Notes under the pieces: model-generated
The model's database searches: none
Told to the model about the DNA's origin: nothing
Seen by the model: only the letters and a program-made list of their open reading frames with translations
Source of the DNA: a virus
Strand: one strand, 5' to 3'
DNA length: 15,677 nucleotides
UHGV virus genome: UHGV-1824706
Shown: positions 7,099-14,326 of the stretch, in pieces
How positions within the stretch are numbered: position 1 is the first letter of the stretch
Layout of the letters: every line of letters starts with the position of its first letter
Translations under genes and position numbers: made by a program

Positions 7099-7815
7099 AT
7101 GGAAAATAAAAAATCACTGACGACAGAACAGCTGGAAGACGCTAAGCGGCTTAAGGCTTTGTATGAGTCAAAAAAGAAAGAATTGGGAATAACCCAATAC
7201 TCAATCGCTGATGAACTGGGTATCACCCAAGGAGCGGTAGGGCATTATCTTAATGGCAGAAATGCGCTAAACGTTGAGGTTGCATCTGGTTTTGCACGAT
7301 TGTTGCAAGTCTCAATTGCTGATTTTAGCCAGTCAATTGCTGCCAAGGTTGCAGAACAGGCAGAAAGCCTTAAGAGCGATGCCAACGTAAGGTATGCAGG
7401 GGAATACAGAGCAGGAAAGAGGTATCCGGTGTTAAGCAGTATCCAGGCTGGCTCGTGGTGTGAAGCATGCGAACCATACACCATTAAAGACATAGATGTT
7501 TGGCTTGAGTCTGACGCGCATATTCAAGGTAATGCGTTCTGGCTTAAAGTGGAAGGTGATTCAATGACGGCACCGGTTGGGTTAAGCATTCCAGAGGGAA
7601 CATTCGTTCTTTTCGATACCGGAAGGGAGGCGATCAACGGCAGCTTGGTCATAGCAAAACTTTCTGACTCTAACGAAGCAACATTCAAGAAGCTGATAAT
7701 CGACGGCGGAAATAAATACCTCAAGGGACTTAATCCTGCATGGCCTCTCGTGCCAATCAATGGAAACTGCAAGATTATAGGCGTTGCAATTGAGACAAAA
7801 CTCAGACTGGTTTGA
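7099..7815 (+). CDS. cI: CI-type prophage repressor (HTH N-domain plus LexA-like S24 autocleavage C-domain), 238 aa
   Basis: N-terminus LTTEQLEDAKRLKALYESKKKELGITQ is lambda-cI-like; C-domain has the catalytic Ser (EGDSMTAP) and Lys (TFKKL) motifs. Confidence 0.9.
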   Translation: MENKKSLTTEQLEDAKRLKALYESKKKELGITQYSIADELGITQGAVGHYLNGRNALNVEVASGFARLLQVSIADFSQSIAAKVAEQAESLKSDANVRYAGEYRAGKRYPVLSSIQAGSWCEACEPYTIKDIDVWLESDAHIQGNAFWLKVEGDSMTAPVGLSIPEGTFVLFDTGREAINGSLVIAKLSDSNEATFKKLIIDGGNKYLKGLNPAWPLVPINGNCKIIGVAIETKLRLV

Positions 7816-7833
7816 TCACGCAAGGGGGCGCTT

Positions 7834-8202
7834 ATGGTTGGAACCGCTATAGCAAGCTTTTTTGGGATGTTGGCAATCTCGACAATTTACGGCTTAGCGC
7901 ATGCTTTTATTGCGAAATCTCTATCAGAAAAAATAAGCCAGGCTTGGGCGCATAGATCAGCTCGTTTCATGATTCTGGTGATCATAGCAATACAAGGGAT
8001 ATCTGCATTTATCCTCTATGGATCAAGCTTATACCTATTGTATCAAGGCGCGACATTTACGCCTTACACCAGTGATTACGGAACTCTATACGATGGTAGT
8101 GAAGACATCACTGTGGCTTGGATCGTCTTTGGTTTATCTATGGCCGTGTCTGTTGTAGCAGACATCATTAAGGTAATTCTCGTCTTAACCTTCGCTGACT
8201 AA
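7834..8202 (+). CDS. Small integral membrane protein (122 aa, about 3-4 predicted TM helices) co-transcribed downstream of cI
   Basis: Hydrophobic segments AIASFFGMLAISTIYGLAHAFIA, FMILVIIAIQGISAFILYGSSLYLLY, VAWIVFGLSMAVSVVADIIKVILVL; SD AAGGGGG 5 nt before the ATG, 18 nt after the cI stop. Confidence 0.6.
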   Translation: MVGTAIASFFGMLAISTIYGLAHAFIAKSLSEKISQAWAHRSARFMILVIIAIQGISAFILYGSSLYLLYQGATFTPYTSDYGTLYDGSEDITVAWIVFGLSMAVSVVADIIKVILVLTFAD

Positions 8203-8287
8203 CCTATAATCCCGGCAGCAATAGCTATCGGGATCCACTTCACATATCCCGCATAAAAAGCACTGAACAAGCAGACACCGAAAAAAT

Positions 8288-8375
8288 AAATATCCTTTGT
8301 ATTCATTTGCTTATCATTATTTCATCAAAAATAAATACCTCGGGTATTTACACAATAAAATACCTACAGTATTCT
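8288..8375 (+). promoter_or_regulatory. OL/PL: leftward-operon promoter with 17-bp operators
   Basis: Operators AAATACCTCGGGTATTT (8333-8349, near-perfect palindrome) and AAATACCTACAGTATTC (8358-8374), centres 25 bp apart; weaker third site near 8288-8304; -35 TTTACA (8347-8352), 17-nt spacer, -10 TATTCT (8370-8375). Confidence 0.55.
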
Positions 8376-8421
8376 TTAGCCATCAGCAGGACGCTGGTAG
8401 CCAAACGGAACAGATTGGCAG

Positions 8422-8462
8422 GCTCTTTAACATTGATGGGATTGTCCCGCCGAAATGCGGGA
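8422..8462 (+). promoter_or_regulatory. nutL: boxA GCTCTTTAAC plus boxB hairpin UCCCGC-CGAAAU-GCGGGA
   Basis: boxA at 8422-8431; boxB 8445-8462 shares an identical 18-nt core with the nutR boxB. Confidence 0.6.
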
Positions 8463-8775
8463 ACCAAAGAGTAGTTGGCTTTGGGGTGACGTGAAGTGCA
8501 GCTGCACGACGGCAACCGGAAGATAAGCACCCGGCGCGTCACCGCCAAAGTCAATTCCATAGGCGTTATGCAGCCGCCACCATATTCAAGAAAGCTGCAC
8601 AAGAGGTAGGAGGATTTATGTGAATACTTACATTCAGTTGAGAGATTAATTAAATAGAACTGATCGAGCAGAGTCCATAAAGGCTCATAAATGCTCTTCC
8701 ATCCCCGTCTAATTGGCGGGGAAGGAAACAACTTTGTAATAAAAAAATTCCAAAGTTGTTTCATCGGAGGTCAAC

Positions 8776-9075
8776 ATGACAGTAGTCATTACATATCTGG
8801 CTGACGATAACGCCAGAAATCGCCGCAGAGCACGCAGACAGGCTCAACGTGAACAGGCAATGCAAGAGCAGCGACTGGCGCGAAAAATTGCGCTAAAGCT
8901 CTCTGGTTGCGTCAGAGCAGATAAAGCAGCATCACTCGGAAGCCTTCGCTGCAAGAAGGCAGAAGAAGTCGAGCGTAAACAGAATCGTATTTACTACCGC
9001 AAGCCACGCAGTGAAATGGGTGTGACTTGTGTTGGTCGCCAGAAAATGAAATTAGGCAGCAAACCACTTATTTAA
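8776..9075 (+). CDS. N: N-like transcription antiterminator (99 aa) with arginine-rich motif
   Basis: ARM DNARNRRRARRQAQREQ near the N-terminus; C-terminus YYRKPRSEMGVTCVGRQKMKLGSKPLI parallels the lambda N C-terminus; SD GGAGG; downstream of nutL. Confidence 0.8.
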   Translation: MTVVITYLADDNARNRRRARRQAQREQAMQEQRLARKIALKLSGCVRADKAASLGSLRCKKAEEVERKQNRIYYRKPRSEMGVTCVGRQKMKLGSKPLI

Positions 9076-9083
9076 GGTGATAT

Positions 9084-9170
9084 ATGGAAGAAGAATTTGA
9101 AGAGTTCGAAGAGCATCCGCAGGATGTGATGGAACAATACCAGGACTATCCTTATGACTACGACTATTGA
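9084..9170 (+). CDS. orf28-like acidic micro-protein (28 aa); not in the ORF track
   Basis: Hand translation MEEEFEEFEEHPQDVMEQYQDYPYDYDY; SD AAGGTGA; overlaps the start of the ral-like gene, as orf28 does next to ral in lambda. Confidence 0.4.
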   Translation: MEEEFEEFEEHPQDVMEQYQDYPYDYDY

Positions 9171-9354
9171 TAAAAATCAATGGTGTGGACAATTCAAGCG
9201 ATGCAATGGATGCAAGCTGCAATCGGAATGCATGGTTAAGCCTGAAGAAATGTTTCCTGTAATGGAAAATGGGAAATATGTCGATAAATGGGCAATACGA
9301 ACGACGGCAATGATTGCCAGAGAACTTGGTAAACAGAACAACAAGGCTGCCTGA
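9154..9354 (+). CDS. ral: Ral-like restriction-alleviation protein (66 aa, four Cys)
   Basis: MTTTIDKNQWCGQFKRCNGCKLQSEC... matches lambda Ral as I recall it in size, position after N/orf28 and sequence; this is recall, not an alignment. Confidence 0.6.
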   Translation: MTTTIDKNQWCGQFKRCNGCKLQSECMVKPEEMFPVMENGKYVDKWAIRTTAMIARELGKQNNKAA

Positions 9355-9390
9355 TGGTGGCCTTTATTTTCTTATTTGAGAGGAATTAAT

Positions 9391-10014
9391 ATGTCATCAA
9401 TCCGCTTAACTACGAGAATGAAAGAGAAAATCGCTCGTAACGCTTTAATTAAGTCTGGGGTTTTCACTGAACTTGAAGAAGTAACAAAGTTAAAGAACCA
9501 GCTTGCACTTGACGCCAGAGTTATTGCGTTTGGCGGTAAAAAGAAAACTGAGGAAGTGGATCAGTTATCATCCAAGTTGGCAGCTATAAGTGAAGAACTT
9601 GAAAAGATGGGATGTTCACTTTACTCATACGATGTTCGTTCTGCTTCGATTTATCTGACTGTATCTGGAAGAAGGGTTGGCTGGCATTCATACGGAAAAG
9701 GCGGCAACGGTGAAGATATATTGCTCCCCACCCCAGAAAAAGATAAATGCATGTTTGACGCAGAACACGAAATAACAAAAAGGTTTGATGAAATCTGCGC
9801 ATTGCAAAAAAAACTTGAAGCCAAGAAAAAGGATATCGAATCAAATGTATGGGCTGCTTTGAACTCAGTCACAACAGTTAAGCGACTTATTGAAGTTTGG
9901 CCTGAAAGCAAAGAGTTACTACCAAAAGAAGCAGATAAAGCAAGTACAGCACTTCCTGCTTTACGGGTAGAAGATTTGAATAAGATGATTGGACTTCCTT
10001 CCGAGGCCGCATAG
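9391..10014 (+). CDS. Hypothetical protein (207 aa), function unknown; orphan gene in the N-cIII accessory hotspot
   Basis: Start MSSIRLTTRMKEK with SD GAGAGGAA; no motif I can recognise; own terminator immediately downstream. Confidence 0.6.
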   Translation: MSSIRLTTRMKEKIARNALIKSGVFTELEEVTKLKNQLALDARVIAFGGKKKTEEVDQLSSKLAAISEELEKMGCSLYSYDVRSASIYLTVSGRRVGWHSYGKGGNGEDILLPTPEKDKCMFDAEHEITKRFDEICALQKKLEAKKKDIESNVWAALNSVTTVKRLIEVWPESKELLPKEADKASTALPALRVEDLNKMIGLPSEAA

Positions 10015-10030
10015 TCGGCCTTTATTTTTG
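10003..10030 (+). terminator. Intrinsic terminator after the 207-aa gene
   Basis: AGGCCG-catagt-CGGCCT hairpin (the stop codon lies in the loop) followed by TTTATTTTT. Confidence 0.6.
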
Positions 10031-10148
10031 GCATAAACAACAGAATAAACACAGCACTGTGTATTCATTCCAACGAGTGAATACACGGAGCAATGTCGCT
10101 CGTAACTAAACAGGAGCCGACTTGTTCTGATTATTGGAAATCTTCTTT

Positions 10149-10176
10149 GCCCTCCAGTGTGAGGGCCTTTTTATAT
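10149..10176 (+). terminator. Second intrinsic terminator-like hairpin upstream of cIII
   Basis: GCCCTC-cagtgt-GAGGGC followed by CTTTTTATAT. Confidence 0.55.
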
Positions 10177-10238
10177 GCATACCAATAACGCTTCATTCGA
10201 GGCGTTTTCGTTATGCAATCAAACAGAAGGAGCATCCT

Positions 10239-10409
10239 ATGCAACAGTTCGCTATTGCAGGGGCGGCATCGGTTCGCCCTTTCAACCCGATTTTATCGGT
10301 ACAGCATTCACGAAAAAATATTTTAACCGGAGCAGACTTTAAACAACCAAGAATGAAAAGTTTGCTCGAAAAGCTTTGGGATATTTTGAAACAACAAGGC
10401 CGCCCATGA
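10239..10409 (+). CDS. cIII: CIII-like protein (FtsH/HflB inhibitor family), 56 aa
   Basis: MQQFAIAG...SLLEKLWDILKQQGRP parallels lambda CIII (MQYAIAG...LIDILNQPGVP); SD AGGAG; start is internal to the 91-aa track ORF. Confidence 0.65.
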   Translation: MQQFAIAGAASVRPFNPILSVQHSRKNILTGADFKQPRMKSLLEKLWDILKQQGRP

Positions 10410-10576
10410 GTTTTACAGATAACTGGTCAGACGAAGAATTCATTCGTCAGATGAAAGAATTAATCGGTAACGAAGGAGATATGCATGTCACTTGCAACCA
10501 CAGTGAAGGAGAGCAAGTTACAGAGGCGCTTGTACACGCAGCAGGCGTTAATGTATCGCCAGAAGGGAGATCGTGA
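10406..10576 (+). CDS. Hypothetical small protein (56 aa) in the kil position
   Basis: ATG overlaps the cIII stop (ATGA); MSFTDNWSDEEFIRQMKELIGNEGDMHVTCNH...; no recognised motif. Confidence 0.4.
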   Translation: MSFTDNWSDEEFIRQMKELIGNEGDMHVTCNHSEGEQVTEALVHAAGVNVSPEGRS

Positions 10577-10663
10577 AGGTGTTCGCGTCTTTTTAAATGC
10601 GGCAAAGACCGAAGTATTAAATCAGCGTTATTTCCTTGGTCCATGTCCATTCTGAGGTGAATT

Positions 10664-11371
10664 ATGGATTTGAATAAATTCGATGAGCCATTCAGCCCTG
10701 AAGATATCGAATGGCGAATACAGCAAAGCGGTAAAACACGCGATGGCAAGGTGTGGGCTATGGTGCTGGCTTATGTCACGAACAGGGCAATCATGAAACG
10801 CCTGGACGATGTTTGCGGCAAAGCAGGATGGCGCAATGAATACCGCGATATTCCCAACAACGGCGGCGTTGAATGCGGCATATCGATAAAGATTGATTCC
10901 GAATGGGTAACCAAATGGGATGCTGCTGAAAACACGCAGGTAGAAGCCGTCAAAGGTGGTCGTTCCGGTGCAATGAAGCGCGCTGCCGTTCAGTGGGGAA
11001 TCGGTCGGTATCTGTATAACCTTGAGGAAGGTTTCGCACAAACATCTCTCGATAAAAAGCAGGGGTGGCACAGGGCAAAACTGAAGGATGGAACAGGATT
11101 TTACTGGCTCCCTCCATCGCTGCCGGGATGGGCAATCCCAGCATCAGATAACAAACCATCACCAGAAAATACCAACCAGAAATCTCCATCGGTTGACTGC
11201 GAACAAATCCTGAAAGACTTCAGCGATTATGCATCAACAGAAACTGACAAGAAAAAACTCATAGAACGTTATCAGCATGACTGGCAATTAATGGCTGGCA
11301 ATGAGGATGCGCAGGCTAAATGCGTTCAGGTAATGAACATCAGAGTTAACGAACTAAAACAGGCGGCATAA
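10664..11371 (+). CDS. Rad52/Sak-type single-strand annealing protein (phage recombinase), 235 aa
   Basis: KGGRSGAMKRAAVQWGIGRYLYNL resembles the Rad52-family annealing signature; sits immediately upstream of ssb; SD GAGGTGA. Confidence 0.65.
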   Translation: MDLNKFDEPFSPEDIEWRIQQSGKTRDGKVWAMVLAYVTNRAIMKRLDDVCGKAGWRNEYRDIPNNGGVECGISIKIDSEWVTKWDAAENTQVEAVKGGRSGAMKRAAVQWGIGRYLYNLEEGFAQTSLDKKQGWHRAKLKDGTGFYWLPPSLPGWAIPASDNKPSPENTNQKSPSVDCEQILKDFSDYASTETDKKKLIERYQHDWQLMAGNEDAQAKCVQVMNIRVNELKQAA

Positions 11372-11878
11372 ATGGCAAGCAGAGGCGTAAATAAGGTGAT
11401 TATCCTTGGTCGGGTAGGACAAGACCCGGAAGTTCGATACTCACCATCAGGAACAGCGTTCGCCAACCTGACAATAGCCACGTCAGAACAATGGCGAGAT
11501 AAAAATACTGGCGAGCAAAAGGAATTAACTGAATGGCATCGTGTTGCTGTATCCGGGAAACTGGCTGAGGTCGTGGGGCAGTATGTGAAAAAAGGTGATC
11601 AGATTTATTTCGAGGGAATGCTGAGAACCAGAAAGTGGAAAGACCAGTCAGGGCAAGACCGTTACACAACCGAGGTTCATGTCGGAATTAATGGCGTGAT
11701 GCAAATGCTTGGCGGCATTGGCGACAGCAAACAACAAGCAGCCAGCAGGCAATCACAGAAGCCACAGCAGCAATCATCACCAGCACAACACAACGAACCT
11801 CCGATGGATTTTGACGACGATATACCCTTTGCACCAGTAACTCTCCCCTTCCCTCGTCACGCTATTCACGCAATTTAA
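11372..11878 (+). CDS. ssb: Single-stranded DNA-binding protein (SSB) with an atypical 15-residue C-terminal extension
   Basis: OB-fold N-terminus [23 protein letters not shown], Gln/Ser-rich linker, acidic tail [11 protein letters not shown] followed by [15 protein letters not shown] before the stop. Confidence 0.85.
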   Translation: MASRGVNKVIILGRVGQDPEVRYSPSGTAFANLTIATSEQWRDKNTGEQKELTEWHRVAVSGKLAEVVGQYVKKGDQIYFEGMLRTRKWKDQSGQDRYTTEVHVGINGVMQMLGGIGDSKQQAASRQSQKPQQQSSPAQHNEPPMDFDDDIPFAPVTLPFPRHAIHAI

Positions 11879-11891
11879 TCAGGAGAAAATC

Positions 11892-12185
11892 ATGCCAGCG
11901 CCTCTGTATGGTGCGGATGACCCGCGCCGCTGTTCCGGCAATTCCGTATCGGAGGTGCTGGATAAATTCAGAAAAAACTACGATCGAATAATGTCTCTAC
12001 CGCAGGAAACGAAAGAGGAAAAGGAATTTCGCCACTGTATATGGCTTGCAGAGAAAGAAGAACGCGAGCGAATTTACCAGACATCAATCCGACCATTCCG
12101 CAAAGCCACATATACCCACTTCCCTGAAATTGACCCGCGCCTGCGTAATTACCGCTCACGCTATGGCGCTATCAGTAATGACTGA
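11892..12185 (+). CDS. Hypothetical protein (97 aa)
   Basis: ATG with SD AGGAG; charged and basic; no recognised motif. Confidence 0.45.
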   Translation: MPAPLYGADDPRRCSGNSVSEVLDKFRKNYDRIMSLPQETKEEKEFRHCIWLAEKEERERIYQTSIRPFRKATYTHFPEIDPRLRNYRSRYGAISND

Positions 12186-12195
12186 GGAATTTACC

Positions 12196-12360
12196 ATGAG
12201 AGGACTTGCATACAATCCCGGCATTCTTCCGGCAGAAATGATTATTCGCCAACGCGTAAAGCCAATGCCATCGAGAGAGGAATTGCTTAAGAGAAATAGT
12301 TTCGGTTCTGTTAATGACAACAAATATCTGAATGCGATGTGGCGGAGTGGGAAGAAATGA
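12196..12360 (+). CDS. Hypothetical small protein (54 aa)
   Basis: ATG with SD GAGGAA; start is internal to the 104-aa track ORF; stop overlaps the next start (ATGA). Confidence 0.4.
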   Translation: MRGLAYNPGILPAEMIIRQRVKPMPSREELLKRNSFGSVNDNKYLNAMWRSGKK

Positions 12361-12803
12361 AACAAATGTCACTAATTGAGATGGATGGTTTTCTGAAAGG
12401 TAAATGCATCCCACGAGATTTAAAGGTTAACGAAACAAACGCTGAATATCTTGTCCGTAAGTTCGGTGAACTTGAATCAAAACTGGAAACGGCGTTGCGG
12501 GAGTGTCGTTCTGCTGGAATCACGATTGATAATCTTGAGGATAAATGCGCGAAGATGGCTGCTGAAAATACCTCACTTAAGCAATCTGAGAAGGAATTTA
12601 ATGACTTTTGTCGTGAGGAGTTTAGCGAATGGGAAGATGATGTTACTGAAACCCCAGCCACCGATGCTTTCCTGGCTGAAGTGAGGGCGCAGGGTGTGGA
12701 GATGTTCTCAGAAAAATTCGGAGGTGGCACTCCGCTATCCAATATGGTCAAAGAGGTTGCGGCTGATTTTGCGGCGAAGCTTCGCAAAGGAGGCAACCAG
12801 TGA
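12357..12803 (+). CDS. Hypothetical acidic protein (148 aa), predicted coiled-coil
   Basis: [16 protein letters not shown]...; translationally coupled on both sides. Confidence 0.5.
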   Translation: MKQMSLIEMDGFLKGKCIPRDLKVNETNAEYLVRKFGELESKLETALRECRSAGITIDNLEDKCAKMAAENTSLKQSEKEFNDFCREEFSEWEDDVTETPATDAFLAEVRAQGVEMFSEKFGGGTPLSNMVKEVAADFAAKLRKGGNQ

Positions 12804-13315
12804 GCAAGATTGACTATCAGGCACAGCGAGAGGCGGCGGAACGTGCAATTCCAGCAATGGAACGCCTGTTAATGCTGCCAGTTGATGATGATTTGTTAAG
12901 TGAACAGGAACTTAAAGATTACGGTGTGGATATTGATGCGCTCAACGCCTTCAAATTTCTGGCCGGACCAGAAACCGTGCTGGCACTGCTGGATGAACGG
13001 GAAAGAAACCAGCAATACATCAAACGCCGTGACCAGGAGAACGAGGATATTGCGCTTACGGTAGGGAAGCTGCGCGTTGAGCTTGAAACAGCAAAATCAA
13101 AACTCAACGAGCAGCGTGAATATTACGAGGGAGTAATCGCGGATGGAAGTAAGCGCATAGCGGAACTGGAAGCACGGGAAGTATCGCTCCCGGAACGTAG
13201 CAGCATGCTTCATCGAACAGATTTTCACGAGGATTACCAAACGGTAATGGCATACAAAGTTTCTGAAGTCATCGCTGCAATCCGCGCTGCTGGCATTCGC
13301 ATCAAAGGAGAGTGA
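12800..13315 (+). CDS. Ead/Ea22-like coiled-coil protein (about 171 aa, GTG start)
   Basis: Coiled-coil-rich sequence (VELETAKSKLNEQREYYEGV) typical of Ea22-family prophage proteins; position between the recombination genes and xis/int. Confidence 0.45.
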   Translation: MSKIDYQAQREAAERAIPAMERLLMLPVDDDLLSEQELKDYGVDIDALNAFKFLAGPETVLALLDERERNQQYIKRRDQENEDIALTVGKLRVELETAKSKLNEQREYYEGVIADGSKRIAELEAREVSLPERSSMLHRTDFHEDYQTVMAYKVSEVIAAIRAAGIRIKGE

Positions 13316-13316
13316 T

Positions 13317-13946
13317 ATGAGCGCTATAACCAAAGAACGTATCAAATTATTCATTAAAAATCCGCTTGATAACGGACTTACTCGTGGCGAACAAATGGAA
13401 CTGGCACGAATTGCACTGGCATCACTGGAACGCGAACAGATTCGCCACGAGCATGCCAAATGGTCTGACTCCACATTTGGCTGCGTTGGCCCCATTGGTC
13501 CGCTGAAACATCTCTCAAAAGAGGCACTGGAAGCCGCAGCCGAACCAGACGATCTTAGCGAGTGGGCTGATATGCAGTTTCTGTTGTGGGATGCACAGCG
13601 CCGTGCTGGTATCAGTGATGCTGAAATTACCGCTGCTATGGAAAATAAATTGAAGATCAACATGGAACGCCAGTGGCCTGAACCAAAAGATGGTGAGCCT
13701 CGCTTGCACATTAAAGAACGCGGCAACTCTCCGGTAACTCCGGGTGGTTGGATAAGCTGTAGTGATCGAATGCCGGAAGACACCAAAATGTTACTGGCAT
13801 TTAGTCAAGGTGAAATCGTGGCCGCATATTGGAACTGGGTTGTAAATCCAATTGATTACAAAAAATATAGAGCTTTCACGTATTTATCAGGAAATATCTT
13901 GGATGACGTAACTCACTGGATGCCGCTACCAGAGCCTCCACTTTGA
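13317..13946 (+). CDS. Two-domain accessory protein: N-terminal DUF550-like (annotated dATP/dGTP pyrophosphohydrolase-like) plus C-terminal DUF551-like, 209 aa
   Basis: C-terminal THWMPLPEPP signature that I associate with DUF551; N-terminal conserved acidic/aromatic region; assignment from memory only. Confidence 0.5.
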   Translation: MSAITKERIKLFIKNPLDNGLTRGEQMELARIALASLEREQIRHEHAKWSDSTFGCVGPIGPLKHLSKEALEAAAEPDDLSEWADMQFLLWDAQRRAGISDAEITAAMENKLKINMERQWPEPKDGEPRLHIKERGNSPVTPGGWISCSDRMPEDTKMLLAFSQGEIVAAYWNWVVNPIDYKKYRAFTYLSGNILDDVTHWMPLPEPPL

Positions 13947-14042
13947 AAGCGAAGCTTATACATATCTTTTACATCAGCAATCTATTGTTAATCTCCAATC
14001 AATGTTACGTTGTCATCTCACTCATGCTTTGGAGGTAGTGAT

Positions 14043-14222
14043 ATGTCTTGTCCAAAATGCGGTTCTGGAAATATTGCAAAAGAAAAAACAATGCGTGGAT
14101 GGTCTGGTGATTATGTGTGCTGCGATTGCGGATACAACGACTCTAAAGACGCATTTGGAGAGCGTGGTAAAAACGAGTTTGTCAAAATTAATAAAGATCG
14201 CGAAGGCAACGGAAAAAGCTAA
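14043..14222 (+). CDS. Small zinc-ribbon protein (59 aa; CPKCGS...CCDCGYN)
   Basis: Two CxxC pairs; SD GGAGGTAG; preceded by a 97-bp AT-rich spacer and followed by a terminator. Confidence 0.5.
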   Translation: MSCPKCGSGNIAKEKTMRGWSGDYVCCDCGYNDSKDAFGERGKNEFVKINKDREGNGKS

Positions 14223-14285
14223 TTTATTTATTCATATATGAAAACAATGTAACCAATATTCGAATTGAAGAACTGAAAGAACACC

Positions 14286-14311
14286 AAGCCGCCTGATGGC
14301 GGTTTTTTATT
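14286..14311 (+). terminator. Intrinsic terminator after the zinc-ribbon gene
   Basis: AAGCCGCC-tgat-GGCGG followed by TTTTTTATT. Confidence 0.65.
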
Positions 14312-14326
14312 GCCTGGAGAATTAAG

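Noticed and set aside
8203-8287. Terminator after the membrane-protein gene (ATCCCG-N14-CGGGAT hairpin)
   Set aside because: The hairpin has no following U-run, so it is not a convincing intrinsic terminator.
8297-8764. Track ORFs 8297-8494 (+) and 8348-8764 (-) across OL/PL, nutL and the N leader
   Set aside because: They cover operators, promoter and nut elements and lack RBSs; the region is better explained as regulatory DNA/RNA.
9343-9368. Possible weak terminator between the ral-like gene and the 207-aa gene
   Set aside because: Only a 5-bp stem with an 11-nt loop before the T-run; too weak to call without folding energies.
10628-11189. Minus-strand ORFs antisense to the Rad52-like gene
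   Set aside because: Antisense to a well-supported gene, no RBS, hydrophobic low-complexity translation.
12311-13786. Minus-strand ORFs (161 aa and 229 aa) antisense to the accessory and Ea22-like genes
   Set aside because: Ser/Ala-rich low-complexity products typical of antisense frames; the plus-strand genes are coupled and have SDs.
13947-14042. Possible sigma70 promoter for the zinc-ribbon gene in the AT-rich spacer
   Set aside because: Several TTxxxx hexamers, but none with a convincing -35/-10 pair at 16-18 bp spacing; left as a possibility within the moron finding.
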